64,000 nucleotides of DNA from Squalus acanthias (Eukaryota), in contig CM059449.1 in the NCBI GenBank assembly GCA_030390025.1, forward strand, positions 930,001-994,000, in the 5' to 3' direction. Below, one piece after another: positions 1 through 12,600 of the stretch (within the stretch, counting starts at the first letter, position 1; each line of letters starts with the position of its first letter). The notes under the pieces are model-generated. The model saw only the letters and a list, made by a program, of their open reading frames with translations. It was not told where the DNA came from and did no database searches. The position numbers and the translations under genes are program-made.

Positions 1-817
1 ATCCTGAATCAATGCCCCCTCATTCTAAACTCTCCAGCCTGAGGAAACAACATCTCAGCATCTACCCTGTCAATCTCCCTCAGAATCTTGTATGTTTCAA
101 TGAGATGACCTTTCATTCCTCTAAACTCCAGAGAATATAGACCCAATCTACTCAATCTCTCCTCATAGGAAAACGCTCTAATCCCAGGGATCAATCTAGT
201 GAGCCTCCGTTCCACCATCTCTATGGCAAGTATATCCTTCCTTAAATAAGGAAATCAAAACTGTGCACCGTGCTCCAGGTATGGTCCCACTCTTGTACTC
301 CAATCCCCTTGCAATAAAGACCAACATGCCATTTGCCTTCCTAATTGCTTGCTGTAGCTGCATGCTGACTCTCTCAGACCACAGAGGGAGTCATAGAGTC
401 ATAACGGCACAGAAGGAGGCCATTCGGCCCATCGAGTCCGTGCCGGCACTCTGTAGAGCAATCCAGTCAGTCCCATTCCCCCGCTCTATCCCCGTAGCCC
501 TGCAAGTTTATTTCCCTCAAGTGTCTATCCAGTCTCCCTTTGAAAACATTGAGTGTCTCCGCTTCCACCACTTCCATCGTCAGCGAGTCCCAGGTCATCA
601 CCACTCGCTGCGTAAAAAAGTTTTTCCTCACGTCCCCCCTGTATCTCTTGCCCAAAACCTTAAATCTGTGTCCCCTAGTCCTTGTACCATCAACTAGTGG
701 GAACAGCCTTTCCCTGTCTAACCTATCCAAACCTGTCATAATCTTGTACACCTCTATCACATCACCCCTCAACCTCCTTTGCTCTAATGAAAACAACTCC
801 ATCTTCTCCAACCTGTG
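1..817 (-). mobile_element. Two CR1 3'/RT fragments (1..~372 and ~392..817)
   Basis: [30 protein letters not shown] motifs; 8-nt tail repeats. Confidence 0.9.
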
Positions 818-999
818 GATGAGGAGTGAACGATGAAGAATGTCTATAACCCCTGGCGGAGGATTGGTCTGGATCCACGGCTCAGGCCCCCCGGCTCCAG
901 GTGGAGTCCATTTTACCCAAACCAGGCACAGGGCCGCCTGTTGATCGCAGCCTCCCTTGACAAGGCTCCCGGTGCTCGGCAACAAAGACAATGGGCAGG

Positions 1000-1750
1000 A
1001 GCGGGTCCCGGGGAGCGGGAGGTGATTGGCGGGGGGAGCGGGAGCGGGCGGTGATGGAGCGGGAGGTGATTGGCGGGAGGTGCGGGAGCGGGTGGTGATT
1101 GGCGGGAGGTGCGGGAGTGGGTGGTGATTGGCGGGGAGCTGGAGCGGGCGGTGATTGGCGGGAGGTGCGGGAGCGGGTGGTGATTGGCGGGGAGCTGGAG
1201 CGGGCGGTGATTGGCGGGAGGTGTGGGAGCGGGTGGTGATTGGCGGGGAGCTGGAGCGGGCGGTGATTGGCGGGAGGTGCGGGAGCGGGTGGTGATTGGC
1301 GGGGTGGAGTGGGCGGTGATTGGCGGGGGTGGAGTGGGCGGTGATTGGCGGGGGTGGAGTGGGCGGTGATTGGCGGGGGGAGCGGGCGGTGATTGGCGGG
1401 GGGAGCGGGCGGTGATTGGCGGGGGGAGCGGGCGGGGGTGGAGTGGGCGGTGATTGGCGGGAGGAGCGGGCGGTGATTGGCGGGGGTGGAGTGGGCGGTG
1501 ATTGGCGGGCGGGGAGCAGGCGGTGATTGGCGGGGGGAGCGGGCGGTGATTGGCGGGGGTGGAGTGGGCGGTGATTGGCGGGGGTGGAGCGGGCGGTGAT
1601 TGGCGGGAGGTGCGGGAGCGGGTGGTGATTGGCGGGGAGCTGGAGCGGGCGGTGATTGGCTGAGGTGGAGCGGGAGGTGATTGGCGGGAGGTGCGGGAGC
1701 GGGTTGTGATTGGCGGGAGGTGCGGGAGCGGGCTGTGATTGGCGGGGAGC
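1000..1750. repeat. G-rich minisatellite of ~27 GATTGGC (inverted CCAAT) units, most preceded by GGGCGG/GGGTGG
   Basis: Variant 22-29-nt units such as GGGCGGTGATTGGCGGGGGTGGAGT. Confidence 0.95.
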
Positions 1751-1869
1751 TGGTTTGAAGCGGTTGAGGAATGTCTGGCCCGCCTCTGCCAGCCGGGGAT
1801 TGAAGGGCTCGGCGGCCCCTCCTGGGCGGTGAGGAGCTGGGCCCGGGGCCGGGTCTTGTCTCCTTCCTC

Positions 1870-2438
1870 TCAGGCTCCAGGCTCGGAAGCTTCAGCCACT
1901 CTGGGACACCAGCGGCCTCCGGAACCTTCACTGCCCTCTCAGCCCCTGCCATGTGTTCACCGTCCCCTCTGAGCGCCCCCTCTGACCCCCAGCCCCGGCC
2001 TCGGCTTCACCCCCTCCCTGCCCACCTCGCTGGATTCCCGGCCCGGCTCTCCCGCCACCTTCGCCTCCGCGCCCACTCCTCCGGCCCGGAGTCTCCCCCC
2101 ACCCCCCGCACCGCCGACCGTTTCTCCCCTCTTCAGAATCCTCGCTCCGCCCGGACCCCTCCCTCTGGCCTCTCGCCCTCTCTCCATCTGTTCATGGTGA
2201 ACTGCCGGCCTGACATCGGCCGTCTCACTGTCTCTGCTCCCCTCGCTCACTCTAACCTCCCTCCCTCTGAACCTGCAGCTCTCCGTTCTCTCAGAGCCGG
2301 CCCCGACCTGCTCACTGAACCTGCTGACAAGGGCGGCGCTGCTGCTGTTTGGCGAACCCACCTCTGCCGTGCGGAGGCTGAACGGCAAATTCTCCGCCGC
2401 CTCCTCCCCTCTCCCCCGGACCATGACCCCACCACCCA
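1870..2438 (+). mobile_element. Degenerate, GC-enriched Penelope RT ORF fragment
   Basis: Translation RHLRLRAH...HSNL...ALRSLR...PADKGGAAAVWR...AEAERQ...DHDPTT matches the PLE pre-RT KPADKGG region. Confidence 0.75.
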
Positions 2439-2694
2439 AGGCAATGGTGAATTCCAGCACTTCCTGAAGGAGAGCAGAATATCTGTGCTGTTTAGAAAGA
2501 TGTGAACCTGCCTGCCAGTTAATTGGAGGTACCAATAGACACATGTCCCTGCCAGGAGTAATGTTCAAACCCATTAATCTGTCCAACTGTTTCTCTCAGA
2601 GAGGAACCCGAGGCGAGTTTTACCAGCAGCAGCAGATGGTTCTGTTGTAGTATTTGAGTTGTTTGACAGGGAATGTGAGTAGGGACTGGACCAT

Positions 2695-2851
2695 GGGGTG
2701 ATTTTCACATTGTAGCCCGGGTATAAACCTGGCATTGTGAATCAGCCGCCCGCTGTTCTTTAATAGAAATGAAAATCGGGCGGGTTCTATAATGGGCCTT
2801 CGATCTGCAATGCCAGTTTTATGCCTGGGCAGCTCGTTGAAATTCTATCCC
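2695..2851. mobile_element. Small MITE (157 bp); also at ~60270..60427, related remnant at ~15234..15406
   Basis: GGGGTGATTTTCAC / TTGAAATTCTATCCCC ends, CAT TSD, internal dyad symmetry. Confidence 0.7.
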
Positions 2852-4036
2852 CATGGGTTAGTATTTTGAACATCTCAGTGCTGCCTGGAGGCATTTCATT
2901 CACCGACACACAGACACGTGCACTATGTACAAAAGCAGGTATCTGCACACTCAGGGCAATACACTGGGTTTTGTATTAAATGTAACTTTATTTTCTGAAT
3001 TTTATCCCAATAGTTAGGACATGCAAATAAAAATAAAATCCACATCACACTAAATACAACAGGATAATAATGCTGCAATGGTAACCAATTTATATACAAG
3101 CTTGTGAACAGTCAACCATTCGAGACAATGCTGAGCTGATCACTGAATGTTCACAGCAGATATATGGTGAAAACTCAACAAGGACTAAGTTGAGGAGAAG
3201 AGTCTGTTCGGGCCCACTATTGGCAGCAGTTATTGGGACCAGGAGAGCAAATCATGAAAACAAAACCAGGAAAGATATAAGTATCGGCTGTACAGGATCA
3301 GTTCAACAAGACAGAATGAGTAGTCTGGCGAGCTCTGGCAGAAAGAAAACTATTGTTTCACTTTTTTGAGGAGCTGGATGATAGATTTTTGCTGTTAATC
3401 TGTGTGTAACACACAGGTATATATTTGCTTAATGTGGTTCAATAAATTTTCCTTTCGACAAGCTAATAGAATTTCTGCTGCATAGATATGTATATATATC
3501 ATCCGGTTATGTATTCGTTTGCTGATTAATAATTTGCTGAATAATTCAAACCTAAAATGAGGTCTGATGATGCGCTGGTCTCTCCAAGGCTCGAGAAAAA
3601 TCTTACAAAAGCAAAAGATAATTTCCAATAGCTAACCTACTAACAGAAAGATTGTTCTATTTGTTATGCTTGGCGTGTTACTGAAGATTATTGAGAAAGC
3701 GAGGAAAGTGAAGAATCATAAACATAGGGAGTCAAAAACTCACCCATGGAAATGGTTTAAAATTACAGGAAGCAAAATAATCTAGATTAAAGGGTAAAGA
3801 CCCAAAAATATAACCGGGACCACAGGAAGATCCAAGGAACAACCTCTCTCCTCGCTTTCTTGGGGAGGACCTTAAAGTTATGACCCACCAAACAGTGGAA
3901 ATAGTTTGTCCACTCGAATCTTATCAAAATCCTTCATCACATCTGTCCGATCCTTAATCTTCTGTGTTCCAGTGAAATGAGTCCCAGTTTCTCCCGTCTC
4001 TCCTCACAACCAAACCTCAGTGAGTTGGTCACTTTC

Positions 4037-7000
4037 ATCGAGTCACAGAGTTATACAGCACAGAAAGAGGCCCTTCGGCCCATCGTGTCCACGTCGGCCA
4101 TCAAGCCCTGTCTATTCTAATCCCATTTTCCAGCACTTGGTCCGTAGCCTTGTATGCTATGGCGTTTCAATTGCTCATCTAAATGCTTCTTGAATGTTGT
4201 GAGGGTTCCTGCCTCTACCACCCTTTCAGGCAGTGAGTTCCAGATTCCAACCACCCTCTGGGTGAAAAAGTTTTTCCTCAAATCCCCTCTAAACCTCCTG
4301 CCCCTTACCTTGAAACTATGCCCCCTTGTTATTGACCACTCTACTAAGGGGAAAAGTTCCTTTCTATCTCCCCTATCTGTGCCCCTCATAATTTTGTACA
4401 CCTCAATCAGGTCCCCCCTCAGCCTTCTCTGCACTAAGGAAAACAAACCCAGCCTGTCCAGTCTCTCTTCATAGCTGAAGCGCTCCAGCCCAGGTAACAT
4501 CCTGGTGAGTCTCCTCTGCACCCTCTCCAATGCAATCACATCCTTCCTATAGTGTGGCGACCAGAACCGCACACAGTATTCCAGCTGTGGCCTAACTAGC
4601 GTTTTGTACAGCTCCATCATAACCTCCCTGCTCTTATATTCTATGCTTCGGCTAATGAGGCAAGTATCCCATATGCCTTTTTAACCACCTTATCTACCTG
4701 TCCTGCTGCCTTCAGAGATCTATGTACATGCACACCAAGGTCCCTCTGATCCTCTGTCCTTCCTAGGGTCCTAACTTTCATTGTGTATTCCCTTACCTTG
4801 TTAGTCCTCCCAAAATGCATCACCTCACACTTTTCAGGGTTAAATTCCATTTGCCACTGTTCTGCCCATCTGACCAACCCGTCTATATCGTCCTGTAGCC
4901 TGAGGCTTCCCTCCTCGCTATTTACCACCCCACCAATTTTCGTGTCATCTGCGAACTTACTGATCATACCTCCTACATTCATATCTAAATCATTAATGTA
5001 CACTACAAACAGCAAAGGACCCAGCACCGATCCCTGCGGTACACCACTGGACACAGGCTTCCAGTCACAAAAACAACCTTTGAACATCACTCTCTGCCTC
5101 CTGCCACTAAGCCAATTTTGGATTCAATGTGCCAAGTTGCCCTGGATCCCATGGGCTCTTACCTTCTTGACCAGTCTCCCATACGGGACTTTGTCAAAAG
5201 CCTTACTGAAGTCCATGTAGACCACATCAACTGCACTACCCTCATCCACACACCTCGTCACCCCCTCGAAAAATTCAATGAAATTGATCAGATATGATCT
5301 CCCCCTGAGAAAGCCATGCTGACTATTCTTGATTAATCCTTGCCTCTCCAAGTGGAGACTAATTCTGTCCCTCAGAATGTTTTCCAATAATTTCCCTACC
5401 ACTGATGTTCGGCTCACTGGCCTATAATTCCCTGGTTTATGCCTACTACCCTTCTTGAATAATGGTACTATGTTAGCTGTTCTCCAGTCCTCTGGAACCT
5501 CCCCTGTGGCCAGAGATGTTCTGAAATTTGTGTCAGAGCCCCTGCAATCTCCTCCCTTGCCTCACACAGCAGCCTGGGATACATCTCGTCTGGGCCTGGG
5601 GATTTATCCACGTTTAAGCCCGCTAAAACCGCTAGTACCTCCTCCCTCTCAATACTAATTTGTTCAAGAATATCACAATCCCCCTGTCTGAGTTTTATGC
5701 CAACATTATCCTTCTCCATAGTGAACACAGATGCAAAATATTCATTTAAAACCCCACCTACATCTTCTGGCTCTACACACAGATTGCCACTTTGGTCCCT
5801 AATGGGCCCTACTCTTTCCCTGGTTATCTTCTTGCCTTAATATACTTATAAAACATCATGGGATTTTCCTTTATTTTGCCCGCCAGTGTTATTTCATGCC
5901 CCCTCTTCACTCTCCTAATTTCTTTTTAAGTACTCCCCTGCACTTTCTATACTCCTCTAGGGCTTCCACTGTTTTTAGTCCTTTGTATCTGCCAAAAGCC
6001 TCCCTTTTTTTTCTGATCCATTCTCGTATATCCCTTGACATCCAGGGTTCCCTGGGCTTGTTGGTCCCACCCTTGACCTTTACGGGAACATGTTGCCGTT
6101 GTACTTTCTCTCTTTCCTTTCTGAAAGACTCCCACTGCTCTGATGTGGATTTTCCTACAAGTAGCTGATCCCAGTCCACTTTGGCCAGATCCTGCCTTAT
6201 CATATTAAAATCAGCCTTCCCCCAATTTAGAACCTTTATTTCTGGTCCATATTTGTCCTTTTCCATGACTACCTTAAATCTCAGCAATTATGGTCATTGT
6301 CACCAAAATGCTCTCCTACTAACACTTCTACCACTTGCCCGGCTACATTCCCCAGAATTAGGTCCAGTACCGCCCCTTCTCTTGTAGGACTTTCTACATG
6401 CTGGCTCAAAAAGCTCTCCTGGATGCACTTTAAGAATTCCGCACCCTCTAAGCCTTTCACACTCTGACTATCCCAGTTAATATTGGGGAAGTTGAAATCC
6501 CCTACTATTATTACTACACTTCTCTGAGATTTGCCTACATATCTGTTCCTCTTTCTCCCCCTGACTGTTTGGGGGCCTATAGTACACACCCAGCAAAGTG
6601 CTTGCCCCCTTTTTGTTTTTGAGTTCTACCCATATGGCCTCATTAGAGGAACCTGCTAAGATATCATCCCTCCTTACAGCAGTAATTGACTCCTTGATTA
6701 ATATTGCGACACCCCCTCCTCTTTGACACCCCCCTCTGTCTCGCCTGAAGATTCTATACCCCGGAATATTGAAATGCCAGTCCTGCCCCTCCCTCAACCA
6801 TGTCTCTGTGATGGCAACAATATCATACTCCCATGTGTTCATCAACACCTTCAATTCATCTGCCTTACTCGCAAGACTCCTTGCATGAAAATAAATGCCA
6901 TCCAGCCTTGCCATACTCCCTTGTGCCGTTACATATTTGCTCTGCCTTCCAGGCTGACTTGTTTTTTCCTCTATATTTGGCTGTGCATCACCCCCTACTA

Positions 7001-8632
7001 TAGCTCCACTCCGTATCCCAGCCCCCTGCCAAGGTAGTTTAAACACCCCCCAACAGTACTAGCAAACCTCCCCGCAAGGATGTTGGTCCCGTTCCGGTTC
7101 AGGTGCAACCCGTCCGACTTGTACAGGTCCCACCTTCCCCAGAAGCAGACCCAGTGATCCAGGAAACTAAAGCCCTCCCTGCTGCACCAACTCTTTAGCC
7201 ACGCATTCATCTGCTCTATCCTCCTATTCCTATACTCACTAGCACATGGCACTGGGAGTAATCCAGAGATTACAACCTTTGAGGTCCTGCTTTTTAGTCT
7301 GCTACCTAGCTCCCTAAATTCTTGTTGCAGGACCTCATCCCTCTTTCTACCCATGTCGTTGGTACCAATGTGAACCACGACCTCTAACTGTTCGCCCGCC
7401 CCCTTCAGAATGCCCTGCAGCCGTTCAGTGACATCCTTGACCCTGGCACCAGGGAGGCAACATACCATCCTGGAGTCACGTCTGCGGCCACAGAAACGTC
7501 TATCTGTTCCCCTTACGATGAATCCCCTATCACTATTGCTCTCCCACTCTTTTTCCTCCCCTCCTGTGCAGCTGAGCCACTCGTAGTGCCACAGACTTGG
7601 CTCTTGCTGCATTCCCCTGAGAAACCATCTCCCCCATTTTATCCAAAATGGAAAATCTGTTGGAGAGGGAGATGGACCCAGGGGTCTTCTGCACTACCTT
7701 CCTAGTTCATTTACTCTGTCTGGTGGTCACCCATTCCCTGTCTGCCTGTGCACTCTTTACCTGCGGTGTGACCACCAGTTAAACGTCCTATCCACGAAGA
7801 TCTCAGCTTCGCAGATGCTCCACAGTGACTCCAGCTGCAGCTCCAGCTCCGAAACGCGGATTTCGAGTAGCTGCAGCTGGAGACACTTCCTGCACATGTG
7901 TTCGCCCTGGACACCTAAAGTGTCCCTGACTTCCAACATAGCACAGGAGGAGCACTCCACGCTGCCGAGCTGCCCTGCCATGTCCTACCCTTAATTTACT
8001 CCTTTTAAATTAAAGAATATTAAATACACTAAGGACCTTACTTCCCTTTAAACACTACATACTCTAAACTAGAGACCTTACGTTTACTTTAATGACTGGA
8101 ATGTAGAAAGACTGTAGAAATACTCACCGCTGGTTCTCTGTCCCCTCTTGTGCAGCTTTTTAGCTCCTGCTCTCCTGGAAGCTGACAAAGATGGAAAAAG
8201 AAAGGCACCGCCCGCCCGCCCGCCCGCCCGCTCGCTCGCCCGCTCGCTCGCTCGCTCACTCACTCACTCACTCACCAAACTCGCAGCTTAACACTCTGTT
8301 CCGATCTGCACTCTGTGACAAACTGCACTCTAGCCTCCCTTATTTATACTGCTGAGATTTAAATAAGTGAGCTCTCTGGCAGTTACAGAACCAGATTAGA
8401 CCACTTAATTAATTAATGACTCTCACCTGCTCTCCAGCACAAAGCTTGATTAGCCCTGTCCAAGCATAGAAGAAACTTAAAACTTGAAACAGTAAATTGA
8501 AATGCAAATTGCAAGCACACAAGACTAGAATTGATAAAAATAAGAGATTAACCTTTAAGATTTACTCCCTCACTCATCAAACTCGCAGTTCAACACTCTG
8601 TTCCGATCTGCACTCCGTGACAAACTGCACTC
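4037..8632 (-). mobile_element. Near-full-length CR1 LINE (5'UTR, ORF1 zinc finger plus SGNH esterase, ORF2 endonuclease and RT), frameshifted
   Basis: CSSC/CRKC-zipper, CLPGA, HIGTND, DGLHLN; ITETW, YYRPP, GDFN; QGSVLGP, KFADD; 8-nt repeat tail; 63-bp direct repeat in the 5'UTR (8268-8331, 8569-8632). Confidence 0.95.
8208..8275. repeat. Compound tetranucleotide microsatellite (CGCC)n(CGCT)n(CACT)n
   Basis: Directly visible in the CR1 5'UTR. Confidence 0.9.
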
Positions 8633-9043
8633 AATAACCTTCAGTAACACACCAAGCATAACAAAGAGAACAATCTTTCTGTTAGCAGGTTAGCTGTTGG
8701 AAATTATCTTTTGCTTTCGCAAGATTTTTCTCTAGCCTTGGAGAGACTATTAGCCTGAAGAGAGCCAACAGCTTGGAGTACCACAGCCTGACTGCTGGGA
8801 CATCCAGAGATGTGCAAACTGCTCAATCCAGGCACCTCAGAGGGAGAGTGACTTATGGGCTTTTAATGCAGATAAGGCACCAACACATTTCTATGCTTGT
8901 AAATATTTCTACTGAACTAGTGAATCTTAACTCTATAAAGAACATCACATTTAATGAGCTTAATACAAAAATAGAAATGAATATAACTGTCAACGGCTCA
9001 TTCTATTTCAGATCTGTGAGGCACTTTAAGAAACATCTCTCGC

Positions 9044-9600
9044 CTACAAAGATACTTTGTCACCTCTAATGTTTTGGAGAGGACAGATTTTCAGTGGTTC
9101 TGAGTTTTTGCCTCCTTGGTTCAATCCAGGACTGAACAAAGGATACAGATCCCCACTGATACCAGTGACTGTGTGGAGAAGAGACTGACTTTCAGGATTG
9201 TAAAATGACAGTGTTCGTTCCTTACAGTCCAGGTAAACTCCAATCTTCTTTGGTATCTGTCTCAGGATCAGACTGCGGAGGATTACACTTGAACTGACAG
9301 CTTTGTACTCCTCCTCATCTTTCCGCAGCACAGCCCAGCACTCAATGTTGGGGGAAGCATTAGTTGTGTTGTTCTCATCGACGGACTTCTTGGCAATGCC
9401 TATATCCCAGGCAGTCTTCACCCCCACCTCCACCTCCCAGTAATGTTTACCTGATGCAAATGGGGCAGAACCCAGAATGCGTGGATAATGATCAAACCTT
9501 TCCTTGGTGTCATGAGGCGTCTCTCGGTGGGTCACGCGCCTCTTGTCCCCGGACAGGTTTAACTCAGAATGTGCTGTGTTGGAATCCATGGTTACTTCAG
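9044..9600 (-). CDS. Gene A B30.2 (PRY/SPRY) terminal exon, open
   Basis: VTMDSNTAH, ERFD, SGKHYWEVEV, IGVYLDC, LSFY, LYPLFSP motifs; CTTTCATTTAG acceptor, phase 1. Confidence 0.95.
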
Positions 9601-12600
9601 CTAAATGAAAGATTACATTTTATTGGCAGATTGATTCCATGAGGTGAATTCTCACTTACCGCCGCGCGGAGAAGAGGCCGTAGCGGATTGGCCGCTGGTT
9701 TTACACACTTCAAAAGCTTACGGCCTCTTCCCTCTTCTTCCTTTCCAACCCCTCCTCCCAGCGACACTTCCCTTGGGCCGGGGACGGTCCCCTGGCTGAT
9801 CAACGGCCGGCTCCTGCTGCCTGATTTTAATGGCTGGGCAGCCGTTTCTTGCCAACATGCTGTCTCTTTTGGTCGGGAGTTCGACAAGGGGCCTGCTCAG
9901 GATAAACGGCCATTAAAATCGGCCGAGCCTGCGTGCTGCCACACGGGCACACCGCTCACTTTGCCAGGAGTGAAATTTCACCCCAATCTGCAGCAACATC
10001 CGAATCAAATGGAAGATTGCCGATGTGCAACATTTCTTGTGAAATGGTAAACCCGTTCTTTTCACACATCACAAATACTGAGCAGAGGAAATTCTCATTT
10101 GTTTATGGTGTCACGAAACAATGGCCCAGAAATTAAACACTGAGGGGTAAAAATTCACTTGGTTGCGCCTCCCGTTAGCGCCTTAAGAGGGCGCTAATGG
10201 GGTATTAAGCCGCTAACGCCCGGGCGCAGCGCTGTTTGCGCCGCTCGAGAACTTAACTTGAGATTGTGCGGCGGCGCTAAAACTTACCGCTGCGACCACC
10301 TGCGCGCGCAGATTGTGACGTCATTCCATGGTGCAACGCCCTTGGGGCGCCCCGGAGCGGAAATTGAGTGGCGCCCCCTGCCTTACCGCCTGGCGCTTCC
10401 AACGACCGGAAGACTGGAACGTTATCAATCGGTGTGGGGCTGGGGGGGGCGCTATTTAAAGGGGGCCTCTTCCTGTCTTTTTCTGTGGTCGACATTTATG
10501 CACCACTCGTTCTGAGAGAGAGAGAGAGATTCGGAGAGAGAGAGAGAGAGAGACTTCTACATTGACTCAACGCTTTGTGAGGTAGTTTTGCCTATTCATC
10601 CTAACTTTGTTGCTACTTTAGTTGCTGTACCTCATTACTTTTCTGGCAAAGAGAATATGGGGGCTGCAATGATTGGGGGCGTCGTCCTGCTCCAGCTGAA
10701 TCGGAGGATACAGAGACGCAGACAGAGAGTGGCAATGATGGCCAGACGGAGGAGGGCCATCAGGCGCATGTACAGGAGAGCTTACCCTCCCAGGGTATAT
10801 CGTGAACAGCTCTCCTACATCCATATGTCCGAGGAGCTGTGTTTGCGGAGGCTGCGATTCAGCAAGGAGATGGTCACTGAGCTCTGCCACCTGCTGCAGC
10901 CAGATCTGCAGCCTCAGCTGAGGTCCAGGACGTCTCTGTCGGTGGCAGTGAAGGTCACAGTGGCTTTGAACTTCTACGCCACTGGCTCATTCCAAGCTGC
11001 TGTTGGGGACCTCGCCAATATCTCCCAGTTTGCGGTGCATCGCTGCATCCGGCAGGTCACCAATGCCCTCTTCAGAAGGAGACGAGACTTCATCTCTTTC
11101 CCTATAACCCCAGACAAGCAGCGTGACCGTGCTCTGGGCTTTGCGAGGGTAGCGGGCTTCCCCATGGTGCAGGGCGCCATTGACTGCACGCATGTGGCTT
11201 TGCGTGCTCCGCGAGAGAATGCAGAGGAATTCAGGAACAGAAAGGGGTTCCATTCCTTGAATGTGCAGTTGGTCTGTGACCACAGACAGGTGATACTTGC
11301 TGTCAATGCCCACTATCCGGGCAGCTGCCACGATGCTTTCATCCTGCGCCAGACTACTGTGGCAGAAGTTTTCAAGGCACCACATCAGCCAGTTGGTTGG
11401 CTTCTGGGGGACAAGGGGTATGCATTGAGCACCTGGCTGATGACACCGCTCCGTACGCCAAACACCCCTGCTGAGCTGCGGTACAATGAAAGCCATCAAG
11501 CAACCAGGAACATTATTGAGCGCACAATCGGCGTGCTGAAACAACGGTTCCGCTGTCTGGACCATTCCGGAGGAGCCCTGCAGTACTCGCCTGAGCAAGT
11601 TTCGAACTTCGTAGTCGTGTGCTGCATGTTGCACAACATGGCAATCCTCAGGACCCAGCCAATGCCACCAGGCCTTGTAGCACCACCAGAGGAGGAGGAG
11701 GAAGAGGAGGAAGAGGACGAGGACGATGATCATCAGCAGCACCAAGGCAGGAGGGCGGCCCACAATGGTCAAACTGCAAGGGCCGTCCGTCAACGACTAA
11801 TAGCAAGCCGCTTCTAGGGCCCCTGCCATTGCTACAAACACTAATCAACCCAGCACGCAACCCCTAAGCCGGCCAAGGCACCAATAATTCCAATCACCAG
11901 CCATGTATATTTTGAATACAGAAACTTATTTATTTTACAAACTCTGTGTGTGTCAATTCCTCATGACAAACTCATAGAAATAAACACAAAAAAACAGTCA
12001 ATAACATAACTGGTTCTCACAACCTGGAGATAATGTCCAAAACACTAAACAAAAGTTGGACCATGAACCTCAGCCTTTAATAAAAAAATGACCAGCATTT
12101 TGGCACACCTCCTACTTTTTGCCCTTCAAGGGTGATCTCCTTCCCTTGCGCACTTCCCCCCTTCTAACCCTACTGCTCCTCCGTAATGGGACCTCAGTGG
12201 CTGCAGCAAGGCTGGTGGAAGGCTGCTGCTCGTCAGACCCTGACACTGCAGATGCCCCTGAAGGACGGCCTCGACCACTTCTGGGCCTGGAGGGCCCGGC
12301 TGCAGACTGCACCAACTCTGCATGGGCGGCAGCAGTCTGTCCTACAGGTGGTGGCAAGTGCAGTGGAGAAGTGACAGTGTTGGCAGCAGGAATGCTGTCA
12401 TCGTGAGAGAGGCCAGCAACTCCCTGCTCGCCCGACACACTGGCACTCCCACGGGGCAGCACTTCAGCATCCGGAGCAATCTGCCAGAGAACAGATTGCT
12501 GGCCTGCTGCGGCGCGGTGACAGCCCCGGGGACATGTGCACGAACCATCGAGGTTGGCAGCAGTCTGTGCTCGCGTGGCCTCCATCTGAGTCTGTATGAG

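Noticed and set aside
882-1952. 356-aa Pro-rich ORF
   Set aside because: Translation of a stop-poor minisatellite; no domain or gene structure.
10657-11817. Host gene HARBI1
   Set aside because: Intronless, inside TIRs with a TSD, paired with a Myb gene and absent from the paralogous site: a transposon, not the domesticated gene.
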